From an uncultured Clostridia bacterium (GTDB lineage: Bacteria > Bacillota > Clostridia > Christensenellales > CAG-917), in NCBI GenBank assembly GCA_947382865.1, contig CANDBF010000003.1:1-63529 (forward strand): a DNA stretch of 63,529 bases, given 5' to 3'. The first letter of the stretch is position 1; the number at the start of each line of letters is the position of its first letter. Positions 49,243-57,547 of this stretch are shown here, in pieces. The notes under the pieces are model-generated. The model saw only the letters and a list, made by a program, of their open reading frames with translations. It was not told where the DNA came from and searched no databases. The position numbers and the translations under genes are program-made.

Positions 49243-51894
49243 ATGATTCAGGACAAGCAGGTTAAAAAGGTCAAGCAATATAGGGTCGTCAAAACGGTTT
49301 TCTATTGCTTGGGCTTTCCTCTGTTTTTTGTAGCGGTTTTCCTTTCCGCAATCAGATTTATCGGCAACGACCCGTTTACGGGCACAGCCGATTTCACTAC
49401 TCAGCTCGGCATGTTCAAGAGTATAGAAATCCTCTTCACTTCGCCTGCGCTGTACGGCGTGTGGATTGCTTTCGGGATGTGGGCGTTTATAGCTATCGTC
49501 CATATTATTCTGAGCAAAACGGTTAGAAACCGCAGAGTGAGGATGTTTTCGGTGGTTGCGCTGTGTCTGGTGGTTATGCTTGGCGGAATGCTGGTGATGG
49601 ACGCGGTGCTTGGCGCCAAGGTGGACGCGATAATCAAAAACGCTCCCGAGGGCGTGACCGTTTCGGATTATAAAACCCAGCTGTCATATTACCGTACGAT
49701 TACTTCTACCATAAATCCCAGCAAAGATCTTACGGCAAGTCTGATTGACAAGGTCGAGCTTTACGAAAAGGTTTACAACGTGGATATGCTGGGTATCGAC
49801 AAGAGCGGAGTCGCAGGCAATATCAGCAACAAGCCCGTGACGTATTTCAACGTCATAAGCGACGACGGTAAGTCGGGCGTGGATATCAGCTTTGTGAGAG
49901 ATGAGGCGACGGGGGTGCCGAAGCCGGACTGCGATACGGGCAGCGGCAACACTTTCAAGGGCGACGGCGTTATCAGAAAGGAAATAGAGGGCACGGAGGT
50001 TATAACCCTCGCGCCAGACAAAAACGGACAGCTTGTCATCAACGGCGAGGTTTATTCTCATTATTTCTACGTTTGCAGGAAGTCGGTGCAGGGTCCAGAC
50101 GTTTACGTGTGGTACACAAAGGAAATGATGCCTACGTCATGGAGCTGGAAGCACAACGCCAAGGACAACAGCGGCAGCAAGAGCACGATTAAGCCCGAGG
50201 ACGGCATTTACGGAAAAGGGCTTTACAACACCAACGGTCTGGTGTCAGACGGCTGGATATTCAATCTGTACAACGTACTGGACATACTCGAAGACTATTA
50301 CGAGGCGAAGGAAGTCATTGACAACGGCGACGATATAGGCACGTCCGCGCAGTACCAGAGCTATTACGCGCAGATGTACGCGAATGCAAGCAAGGCTCGC
50401 GACGAGTATTATAAGGGAAATATCGCCGACGCGGACGGACAGTACGTCGACGATTGGACGAAGGCGCTTTACGGGCAGGAAATTATGATGAACGAAAGGT
50501 TTTCCATCACCCGCGGCGAGCTGGACGAGCTTGTCGCCAAGGTCGGCGCGTTGCTGGGTGACAACTCCCTGTTCGATTATCTGCTTATAAATATAGATAC
50601 TTTCGTAGGCGATATCGGTATCGGCGATAAGCTGGTCGAATCTCTTATCGGCAGCTCGCTGGGCACTTTGTTCAAACAGCTCAACGAAGGTATGAGCATG
50701 AGGGAACTGCTGTCTAAGTTTATCAAAGAAGAAGGCACTGTCGATAAGGTGATAGATCTTATAAAGTCGGCGGCGAATATCAAGGACGAGAATATTACGG
50801 ACATCTATATCACCGCCGCATACAAGGCAAAGGACGCTTTCGGAAGAGTGCAGGACCACCTTTATATCGCGCTCATTAAGGGCAACGCGGAAGGAGGTAT
50901 GGGCTCCGACCCCGCAGAGGACGTGATTATCGAAATCGACCTTGACGATAGGATTACCGACCCCGACAACGGCACCTATGCCATAGACCTTGACGCGGTC
51001 AGCGGCTTTTTGAATATGGCGCTTAATAACCTGCTCGAAAAGTACAATATCGATATTTCGGGAGGCGCAGTCAATACGATAGTCGGACTAGTGCTCGAAG
51101 ATATGGACGTAAACGGTCAGACCTACAAGGGGCTGAGCATTGCGGGCATAGATATTCCGATTATCCTCGACGGCAAAATAAATTTGGATATCGCGGGCAT
51201 TCTTCAAAACGTGCTCACGGGATTTTACAGCTATCAATCGTCCGTGATAAAGCCGGTATGGGATTTTTACGAGCTCGGCTTGCAGTATGACAGAGCATAC
51301 GTAAACAGTCAGGGCAACGAGACGAGTTATAAAAAGGAAGCGTACAAAGCAAGCGCGGCGGCGCTGTTTGCCGAATACGAACGCGCGCATTATGCGGCGG
51401 TTGTGCATGGCGGAATGATGGGCTCTGCGCTCATAGGCGACAACTTGGGAGACGGCTCGTACCCTGCGTCGTTGGGACTGACCGATTTGCAGAGCGTACG
51501 TCAGCTCAAAACGGATTTGTCCTATCAGAGAGAGTATTTCCCAATATACGCTCTGCGCGATATGCTGGCATCATTCACCGCAATCGTAATTCTGTTCTAC
51601 TTCCTCAGCTTTATGGCTGCGCAGAAGGAGGAGGACTACGCTTCGGGCAAGATAGTCCCGCGCGACAAGAAGAGAAAGGGAAAGGATTCGGAGGATAAGG
51701 ATGTCTCGGATATGCTCAACGACTCCGAAAACGCCGATATACAGACGGACGGCGTAGATACGGTCGCAAGCGGAGCCTCGGTTGACGGTGCGGCGTGTGA
51801 TTCCCTAGATATGCCGACTTCGGAGAATAAACCCGAGAGCGGGGAGGATACGGCTTTGCCTGTTTCTCAAAATTCCGATAAGGAGGTGCGCTGA
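49243..51894 (+). CDS. large (883 aa) membrane protein of unknown function: 3 N-terminal TM, large central domain, 1 C-terminal TM, acidic tail
   Basis: Uninterrupted ORF. Start at MIQDKQ after AAGGAG. Hydrophobic segments read from the translation. Confidence 0.8.
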   Translation: MIQDKQVKKVKQYRVVKTVFYCLGFPLFFVAVFLSAIRFIGNDPFTGTADFTTQLGMFKSIEILFTSPALYGVWIAFGMWAFIAIVHIILSKTVRNRRVRMFSVVALCLVVMLGGMLVMDAVLGAKVDAIIKNAPEGVTVSDYKTQLSYYRTITSTINPSKDLTASLIDKVELYEKVYNVDMLGIDKSGVAGNISNKPVTYFNVISDDGKSGVDISFVRDEATGVPKPDCDTGSGNTFKGDGVIRKEIEGTEVITLAPDKNGQLVINGEVYSHYFYVCRKSVQGPDVYVWYTKEMMPTSWSWKHNAKDNSGSKSTIKPEDGIYGKGLYNTNGLVSDGWIFNLYNVLDILEDYYEAKEVIDNGDDIGTSAQYQSYYAQMYANASKARDEYYKGNIADADGQYVDDWTKALYGQEIMMNERFSITRGELDELVAKVGALLGDNSLFDYLLINIDTFVGDIGIGDKLVESLIGSSLGTLFKQLNEGMSMRELLSKFIKEEGTVDKVIDLIKSAANIKDENITDIYITAAYKAKDAFGRVQDHLYIALIKGNAEGGMGSDPAEDVIIEIDLDDRITDPDNGTYAIDLDAVSGFLNMALNNLLEKYNIDISGGAVNTIVGLVLEDMDVNGQTYKGLSIAGIDIPIILDGKINLDIAGILQNVLTGFYSYQSSVIKPVWDFYELGLQYDRAYVNSQGNETSYKKEAYKASAAALFAEYERAHYAAVVHGGMMGSALIGDNLGDGSYPASLGLTDLQSVRQLKTDLSYQREYFPIYALRDMLASFTAIVILFYFLSFMAAQKEEDYASGKIVPRDKKRKGKDSEDKDVSDMLNDSENADIQTDGVDTVASGASVDGAACDSLDMPTSENKPESGEDTALPVSQNSDKEVR

Positions 51895-51896
51895 TT

Positions 51897-54317
51897 ATGA
51901 AAAAGAATAAAAACGTTCAAGACAACGCAATGGATTTCAACGTAGTAAACGTCGATAAAGACGGCAACGCTATAAACGAAGCGTTTCCCGTAAGCGAGCG
52001 CACCCAAAAAGACCACAGGAAAACATCCGTAGGCTTTACGCTCATCTCGTTTATACTGCACGTTCTGGCGTTTGTGCCTATCGTTGCGGTGACGGCTATA
52101 CTGGCTGCGAAATGCGGCGAGCTTACGCCCTATTACTCGTTCTGGCCTTTTGTCGGATTGATTATAGTGCTCGTATTCGCGCTCATTTACGCAATCGTCG
52201 CTATCGTCGTAATGCGGAAAAACAGCAAGAGCAGCGTAGGGACGCAAACTGTGAAAATCGCCATTACCTTCGCTTGTCTGACGGCGGTGTTCGCGTTGCT
52301 ACTCACGTACATTCTTCCCGACGTAATCGCAAAGGCAACGCAGAATACGCTGTTTGTGGAGGATTTGTATTACAACGGAGAGGCGCAGGCGGAAAAGAAC
52401 GCAAAGCTCGACCGCGATTTTATAATGTACAATCTGCTCAACGGAAATCTCAACGACCACACCAAGGACAACGGGACTTATTCGTATAAGGAGCTTTCAA
52501 AGCGCACCAAAAACGGCAGCGGCGTTTGGAGCTATGACAATGCGGAGATAAACGCAAATTACGAGATTTATAAACAGTATTCGGTATCTCAGCTTCAAAC
52601 CGACGTTATAGACGTATTGAAGCAGAAATCTCCGAGGAAGTACGAGCTGTATCAGTTTGTCTACAATTCCTACGTGCTCAACGATTTCGATTACGCGATG
52701 CTCAACAACGTGGACAGACGCGCGCTCGCGCTCTCCATAGTCGATTACGAGTACTCCAACGCGAGATACGAAAAGCTCCTCAAAGAGGGCTTCAAAAACA
52801 AGAAGATAAAGCAGCTGTTCGACAAAAACTACGACCAGTTCAATCAGGACGGATATCAGACCTTCGACGACCCGCTGCTGCTGTACGCCCAAATGGACGG
52901 ACGTATGACGGTGCCCGTCGTAATACGTCTGATACTCAACGAGGGTTGGATGTATTCGCAGCCCGTGTTCGACGCGAACGGAAACTGCTATTTCGATGAA
53001 AACAACACCTTCCTTTATGAGCTGTACGACCCCGCGACGCGCGATAAATTCGTAAAAGAAGAGAACGGGAAATTCGATTTCACGGGAACGCTTATGAACG
53101 GCGACGGCTCCGAAATTCCGGTCAAATACGGCTATAACAAAGACGGCTGGATGGTTTATGAAAACGGCGTGGTCAAGCGCACGATAAACTGGCTTGTTTT
53201 GGATATGCTCGGCGATAAGATGGACCTTACCACTGTCGATTTAATCGGCACGATTATGGGCATTATTCCCGCCGACTTCCCGTTGCCTCCCGCCGCTGTG
53301 AAGAACATTTTGAATAAGATACTCGGCATGGGCGATTTGACGGGCGCGCTCGGCGACTTGTTGCAGGAAGACTTGCAGGAAGTGCTGGAATACGCCACAA
53401 ACGGAGCCAATCTCAATATCGGTCTGTACATGGACGACAACGACTGCCTTGCCGTAAACATTTACCCGATGAACGTGGAATACGGAATGGTCGGCTATAT
53501 GCAGGCGACTTGGATACAGTCGAACAATCTGCTTATGGCGGTCATAAACGTTATGGGTCTTAGAAACTGGCTGTGCATTTTCGGCGCGGTGGGCATAGTG
53601 CTTGTGATTGCCGCGGGCATCTGCCGCGAGTGCGGACGTAGAACCCGTCTGAGAACGGAAGTGTCGAGAGACAGAATCGCCCGCGCAAAAACCATCGAGA
53701 AAAACAACAATCCCGAAGTCGTCTCCGATATCGCGATAACGCCCGCTGTTTCGGATAACCAAACTACTGTCGCACCCGCGGACGTAAGCGTAGGCACGGC
53801 GCCTGCGGAAAGCACGAAAGCGGATGACGCGCCTACTGCCGAAACGGCAGCCACGCAGCCCGAGGTATTTATGGCGGAAGAGGTCAAGCCGAAGAAGAAA
53901 AAGAAACGCCCCGAAGCTCCCGTCGCCGAGCCGATGAACGAAGTTGCGCCGACAGTCGCGGCAGAGCCGGTACAGCCCGTCGCAGAAAGCGCGATTATGA
54001 CGCCTCCTCCCGTTTACGCACCCGAGGCTGCGCCGTACGATTTCGCGACCGCGGAGCCGCTTATGGCGGAGGAAGCGCCTCAAAGACCCAAGAAGAAAAA
54101 GAAACGCCCCGAAGCGACGGAGATAACGACGGACAACGCGTCGACTCCCGAAGCTCCCGTAGACAGCGCCGTAGTAAATGCGGAAGCTACCGAGGTTACG
54201 GCAATGCCGACGGAAGGCGGCGAGCCGCAAAGCGACGGCGTTCTGGCGGCGGAAGAAGTCAAGCCTAAAAAGAAAAAGAAGGTCGAGCAGCAGACTCCCG
54301 ACGGCGAGATTAAATAA
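51897..54317 (+). CDS. large (806 aa) membrane protein of unknown function, same topology as the upstream gene, with a Lys-rich repeat tail
   Basis: Starts 3 nt after the upstream stop, preceded by AAGGAGG. Three TM segments, a large domain, one TM segment, then a tail with three KKKKK-containing repeats. Confidence 0.8.
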   Translation: MKKNKNVQDNAMDFNVVNVDKDGNAINEAFPVSERTQKDHRKTSVGFTLISFILHVLAFVPIVAVTAILAAKCGELTPYYSFWPFVGLIIVLVFALIYAIVAIVVMRKNSKSSVGTQTVKIAITFACLTAVFALLLTYILPDVIAKATQNTLFVEDLYYNGEAQAEKNAKLDRDFIMYNLLNGNLNDHTKDNGTYSYKELSKRTKNGSGVWSYDNAEINANYEIYKQYSVSQLQTDVIDVLKQKSPRKYELYQFVYNSYVLNDFDYAMLNNVDRRALALSIVDYEYSNARYEKLLKEGFKNKKIKQLFDKNYDQFNQDGYQTFDDPLLLYAQMDGRMTVPVVIRLILNEGWMYSQPVFDANGNCYFDENNTFLYELYDPATRDKFVKEENGKFDFTGTLMNGDGSEIPVKYGYNKDGWMVYENGVVKRTINWLVLDMLGDKMDLTTVDLIGTIMGIIPADFPLPPAAVKNILNKILGMGDLTGALGDLLQEDLQEVLEYATNGANLNIGLYMDDNDCLAVNIYPMNVEYGMVGYMQATWIQSNNLLMAVINVMGLRNWLCIFGAVGIVLVIAAGICRECGRRTRLRTEVSRDRIARAKTIEKNNNPEVVSDIAITPAVSDNQTTVAPADVSVGTAPAESTKADDAPTAETAATQPEVFMAEEVKPKKKKKRPEAPVAEPMNEVAPTVAAEPVQPVAESAIMTPPPVYAPEAAPYDFATAEPLMAEEAPQRPKKKKKRPEATEITTDNASTPEAPVDSAVVNAEATEVTAMPTEGGEPQSDGVLAAEEVKPKKKKKVEQQTPDGEIK

Positions 54318-54327
54318 TCTTAAATGA

Positions 54328-54362
54328 TAAAACGGCGTTTCGATATGAAACGCCGTTTTTGT
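54328..54362 (+). terminator. intrinsic terminator after the two large membrane-protein genes
   Basis: AAAACGGCGTTTC, loop, GAAACGCCGTTTT plus a T-run. Confidence 0.85.
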
Positions 54363-54497
54363 GTTGTGTATGTTATTTTGATTAAATAATATTAGTTTAT
54401 CTTATTATTTATATACAATATTAGAATTAAAATCCGATTTCGGATTACGAAATATCTCTCTTATGGAAATACGCATTTAACGTCGCAAACAGCTTGG

Positions 54498-55697
54498 TTA
54501 TTTTATCAGCAAATCGCCCTCTGAAAGCGCGATAGGGCAGTCGAAGCTGTAAACGTGCTGTACCAGCTTTGCGTCGTCGGTAATTTCACCGTCGGGTTCG
54601 TGCGCGATATTCCCCATAACAAACGACTTGCCGTTCGCATCGTCGGGAGAGAGAACTGTGAGAGTATCGCCGCTCTTAAAGCGGTTGCGCATTTCCGCCG
54701 TCGCCCGACCGTTTTCATACCTCAAAACGCTTGCGGTAAAGCGGTATTTTTCCTGCGTGCGTTCTTTTTCAAGCGATATCGTATGCGTGTTCTCGCCGTC
54801 GAGATACGCTTCCGTATACGCGCGGTGGGACACGGTTTCGAGAAGGGCATTGTAGCTATCCGCGTTTTTGATTTCTCCGAACGCTAGATATTCGTTGATA
54901 GCGCGGCGATACGCCGTCGCGACGGTTGCGACGTAGTACTCGCTTTTCATGCGGCCCTCAACCTTCAAGGAGCATATGCCTGCCTTTGCGAGCTCGGGTA
55001 TGCGAGGCAGAAGCCGCAAATCGCAGCTGTTCATAAAATAAGTGCCGCGCCCGTCCTGTTCCACGTCGACGGCGACGTCGCGCTCGACCTCGGTGAGTCT
55101 GTATTGCCAGCGGCAGGGCTGAACGCATTCGCCGCGATTGGAGCTCCTTTCCGAGAAGTAGGAGGAGAGCAGGCATCTGCCGCTGTAGCTTACGCACATT
55201 GCGCCGTGAACGAAGGCTTCGAGCTCCATATCGGGAACGGCGTCGTGTATTTTGCGGATATCGTCAAGCCCCAGCTCGCGGGACAGCACGACGCGCTTCG
55301 CGCCCATAGATTGCCAGAATTTCACCGCTAGCGCGTTTGTCGTGTTGGCTTGGGTGGAGATATGAACGGTGAGAGAGGGTGCTTTTTCGCGGCAGAGAGC
55401 AAGCAGCCCTACGTCGGAAATCAGCACCGCGTCCGCTCCTGCGTTTTGGAGAAAAACAAAAAAATCCGCCGCTTCGTCGAGGTCGGAATTTCTTGCGAAG
55501 ATATTTGCGGTCACGTACACCTTTTTGCCGAGAGCGTGCGCGTAGGATATGCCGTCGGCAAGCTCCTCGCGGCTGAAATTGTCCGCAAACGCGCGCAAAG
55601 AGAAGTTTTTGCCGCCTGCATATACTGCGTCCGCCCCGAATTTCAGGGCGGTGCGTAGTTTTTTCAGATTGCCTGCGGGCATAAGGAGTTCCAACAT
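54498..55697 (-). CDS. peptidase U32 family protein
   Basis: 399 aa from MLELLMPAGN. U32 signature EAFVHGAMCVSYSGRCLLS. The upstream part of the track ORF overlaps the PRT gene out of frame. Confidence 0.9.
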   Translation of the reverse strand: MLELLMPAGNLKKLRTALKFGADAVYAGGKNFSLRAFADNFSREELADGISYAHALGKKVYVTANIFARNSDLDEAADFFVFLQNAGADAVLISDVGLLALCREKAPSLTVHISTQANTTNALAVKFWQSMGAKRVVLSRELGLDDIRKIHDAVPDMELEAFVHGAMCVSYSGRCLLSSYFSERSSNRGECVQPCRWQYRLTEVERDVAVDVEQDGRGTYFMNSCDLRLLPRIPELAKAGICSLKVEGRMKSEYYVATVATAYRRAINEYLAFGEIKNADSYNALLETVSHRAYTEAYLDGENTHTISLEKERTQEKYRFTASVLRYENGRATAEMRNRFKSGDTLTVLSPDDANGKSFVMGNIAHEPDGEITDDAKLVQHVYSFDCPIALSEGDLLIK

Positions 55698-55717
55698 ATT
55701 TGCTCCGAAATCAAGTC

Positions 55718-56260
55718 TTATTGCGGGAGAATGGGAATTGACGCGAGATATTTCACGTCCGTGCGCGCCGCGGCGTCGCCCTCTGCGAGCACAAAGGCTT
55801 TGTCTACGATAATGCCGCCCGCAAGCCGCACGATATCCTCTATGCCTTTGAGGCTTCCGCCCGTGGATACGACGTCGTCTACTATCGCCACGCGCCTGCC
55901 GCGCAGCAAATCCGCGTCGTGCTTGCTTAGATACAGAGTCTGGATTTCGCCCGTCGTGATGGACTGAACGCTTGTGTGCAAGCCGTCCTGCATATACAGC
56001 TTTTTGGACTTGCGGCATACGGCGTAGTAGTCTTGTCCCAGCTCCCTCGCCACGACGTGCGCCAGCTGTAAGCCTTTTGATTCCGCCGTTATGATAATAT
56101 CGCAGGGGCTCAGGCGTTTTGCGATTGCCTTTCCGCAGTGCTCCGTGAGAGCTTGATTGCCGTGCAGATTGAAGAAGCAGATGCTTATGCCCGACGGCAA
56201 CGGCAGTATGGGAAGCTCGGCTTTTGCGCCGCATATATCAAGCGTATAAAATTTATCCAT
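55718..56260 (-). CDS. phosphoribosyltransferase family protein (purine PRT-like)
   Basis: 180 aa from MDKFYTL. PRPP-binding motif VAIVDDVVSTGGS. Confidence 0.8.
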   Translation of the reverse strand: MDKFYTLDICGAKAELPILPLPSGISICFFNLHGNQALTEHCGKAIAKRLSPCDIIITAESKGLQLAHVVARELGQDYYAVCRKSKKLYMQDGLHTSVQSITTGEIQTLYLSKHDADLLRGRRVAIVDDVVSTGGSLKGIEDIVRLAGGIIVDKAFVLAEGDAAARTDVKYLASIPILPQ

Positions 56261-56384
56261 AGTATCACCCGAAAATAGTTTTACGACGGATATATTATAA
56301 AATAAATAATTAGAATTTTCAACCGACTTTGTAAGTGATTTATAAGTATATTTTTGAACGTAGATTATATAGATTTTGAACGTT

Positions 56385-56788
56385 CGCCTTATCAAGCTGA
56401 GGGGACGTGCTCTACAAAGGTGCACGGCGGGTATTTTAATTAAATTTCCCCCTTCCTCAGGTGTTCCCCCTATTGCGGTCTCTCACTTGGCGTTCCCAAG
56501 TGAGCCTCTCCGCAAGCCTTCGGTGGGGGAACACAACGCGATTGGACTTTCAGTCAACAATCGCTATTCCGTCGCTACGCTCCTTACGGCACTCGCATAT
56601 ACAAGCATAGAGCACTGTTTATGCCACTCGTTAGGGAGCGAATAAACAGGACTCGCTCCCTCACTTGTACAGAGCGTCAAGCTCGGCACTCGGGTTGGCG
56701 CGCGCCCTGCACGCGCCGGTGCAGTCTCTTGAACGGCGACTCGTCGTGCTCACACCCGTTCAAGCAGAGAGCAAGCGCTTTGGTGCGC
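56385..56788 (-). ncRNA. copy B of the structured repeat element (full length, central-domain version 1)
   Basis: Matches copy A (version-1 domain) and copy C (5' modules). Lies between the XRE gene and the PRT gene on the same strand. Confidence 0.5.
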
Positions 56789-56895
56789 AAGATTGTTCCC
56801 AGAGCGGAGACTCGTGATTAGACAAAGATTGTGCACTCGATACTCGGGTTTGTGTGTTTAGTTTTTTTGATTTATAAGATATTCGCAAAGCAATT

Positions 56896-57108
56896 CTAAA
56901 ATCCGAATAAGTCGTTGGGAGTTATATCAAACAAGCGACACAGCATATCGATTTTATAGTAATCAAGTTCCATTCTTTCGGTTTCATATCGGCTGTATAC
57001 GGTTTGTTTTGTATTCATTATTTCCGCAACCTGTTGTTGCGACATGCCTTTTGCTTCTCGTGCCGCTCTAAGATTTTTGCTTACTATACTTTTCATATTT
57101 TTTTCCAT
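56896..57108 (-). CDS. XRE-family helix-turn-helix transcriptional regulator
   Basis: 70-aa ORF with the HTH_3 pattern LRAAREAKGMSQQQVAEIMNTKQTVYSRYE. AGGTGA Shine-Dalgarno. Confidence 0.85.
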   Translation of the reverse strand: MEKNMKSIVSKNLRAAREAKGMSQQQVAEIMNTKQTVYSRYETERMELDYYKIDMLCRLFDITPNDLFGF

Positions 57109-57153
57109 AGTTTCACCTGCATAGAAATTTTATATGATAGTACTAAAAAAGTA

Positions 57154-57182
57154 TTGATATAGAACTAGTTTGGTACTATGAT
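57154..57182 (+). promoter_or_regulatory. candidate promoter for the 109-aa ORF in the divergent spacer
   Basis: TTGATA, 17 nt, TATGAT. The spacer also holds inverted ATAGTAC/GTACTAT half-sites, possibly an operator. Confidence 0.45.
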
Positions 57183-57206
57183 ATTTGTGGAAAAAGGAGA
57201 ATAATT

Positions 57207-57536
57207 ATGAGTAAGGTTAAAGAATGTTGGAATTGTAGATATTATAGGGCGTTTTACACTAAGGGTTTTAGTCGGTTTAATAAGCAAAAAATTGGAATTT
57301 GTAATGTTGAAAATCGAATTATTGGAGATAAGCATATTTCCTGTGACAAATGGTGTAATGGTTTTGAGATTAAAAATATCAGGCAGGTAGCTGCAATCAA
57401 AAGAATAGACGAAACTACGGATTGCCTTATACAAATCAAACAAATTTTGATTGAGGAAAAAGAAGAGTTACAAGACATAAAAGTGATAGAACTTCCAAGT
57501 ATAAATAAAAAAATAAAAAAGTATCTATCAGATTGA
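57207..57536 (+). CDS. Cys-rich 109-aa hypothetical protein (putative zinc ribbon plus helical tail)
   Basis: Strong Shine-Dalgarno (AAAGGAGAA, 7 nt spacing). Cys pattern CWNC...C...C..WC. Divergent from the XRE gene. Confidence 0.7.
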   Translation: MSKVKECWNCRYYRAFYTKGFSRFNKQKIGICNVENRIIGDKHISCDKWCNGFEIKNIRQVAAIKRIDETTDCLIQIKQILIEEKEELQDIKVIELPSINKKIKKYLSD

Positions 57537-57547
57537 GTAACGATTAT

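Noticed and set aside
55698-56234. N-terminal extension of the U32 ORF (track ORF 54498-56234, 578 aa). The 42367-44184 track ORF likewise extends the GerC gene.
   Set aside because: The extensions overlap the PRT gene and the GerAB gene out of frame and are Arg-rich junk. Internal starts (MLELLMPAGN; MKRLKISS with an ATGA overlap) give normal-length proteins.
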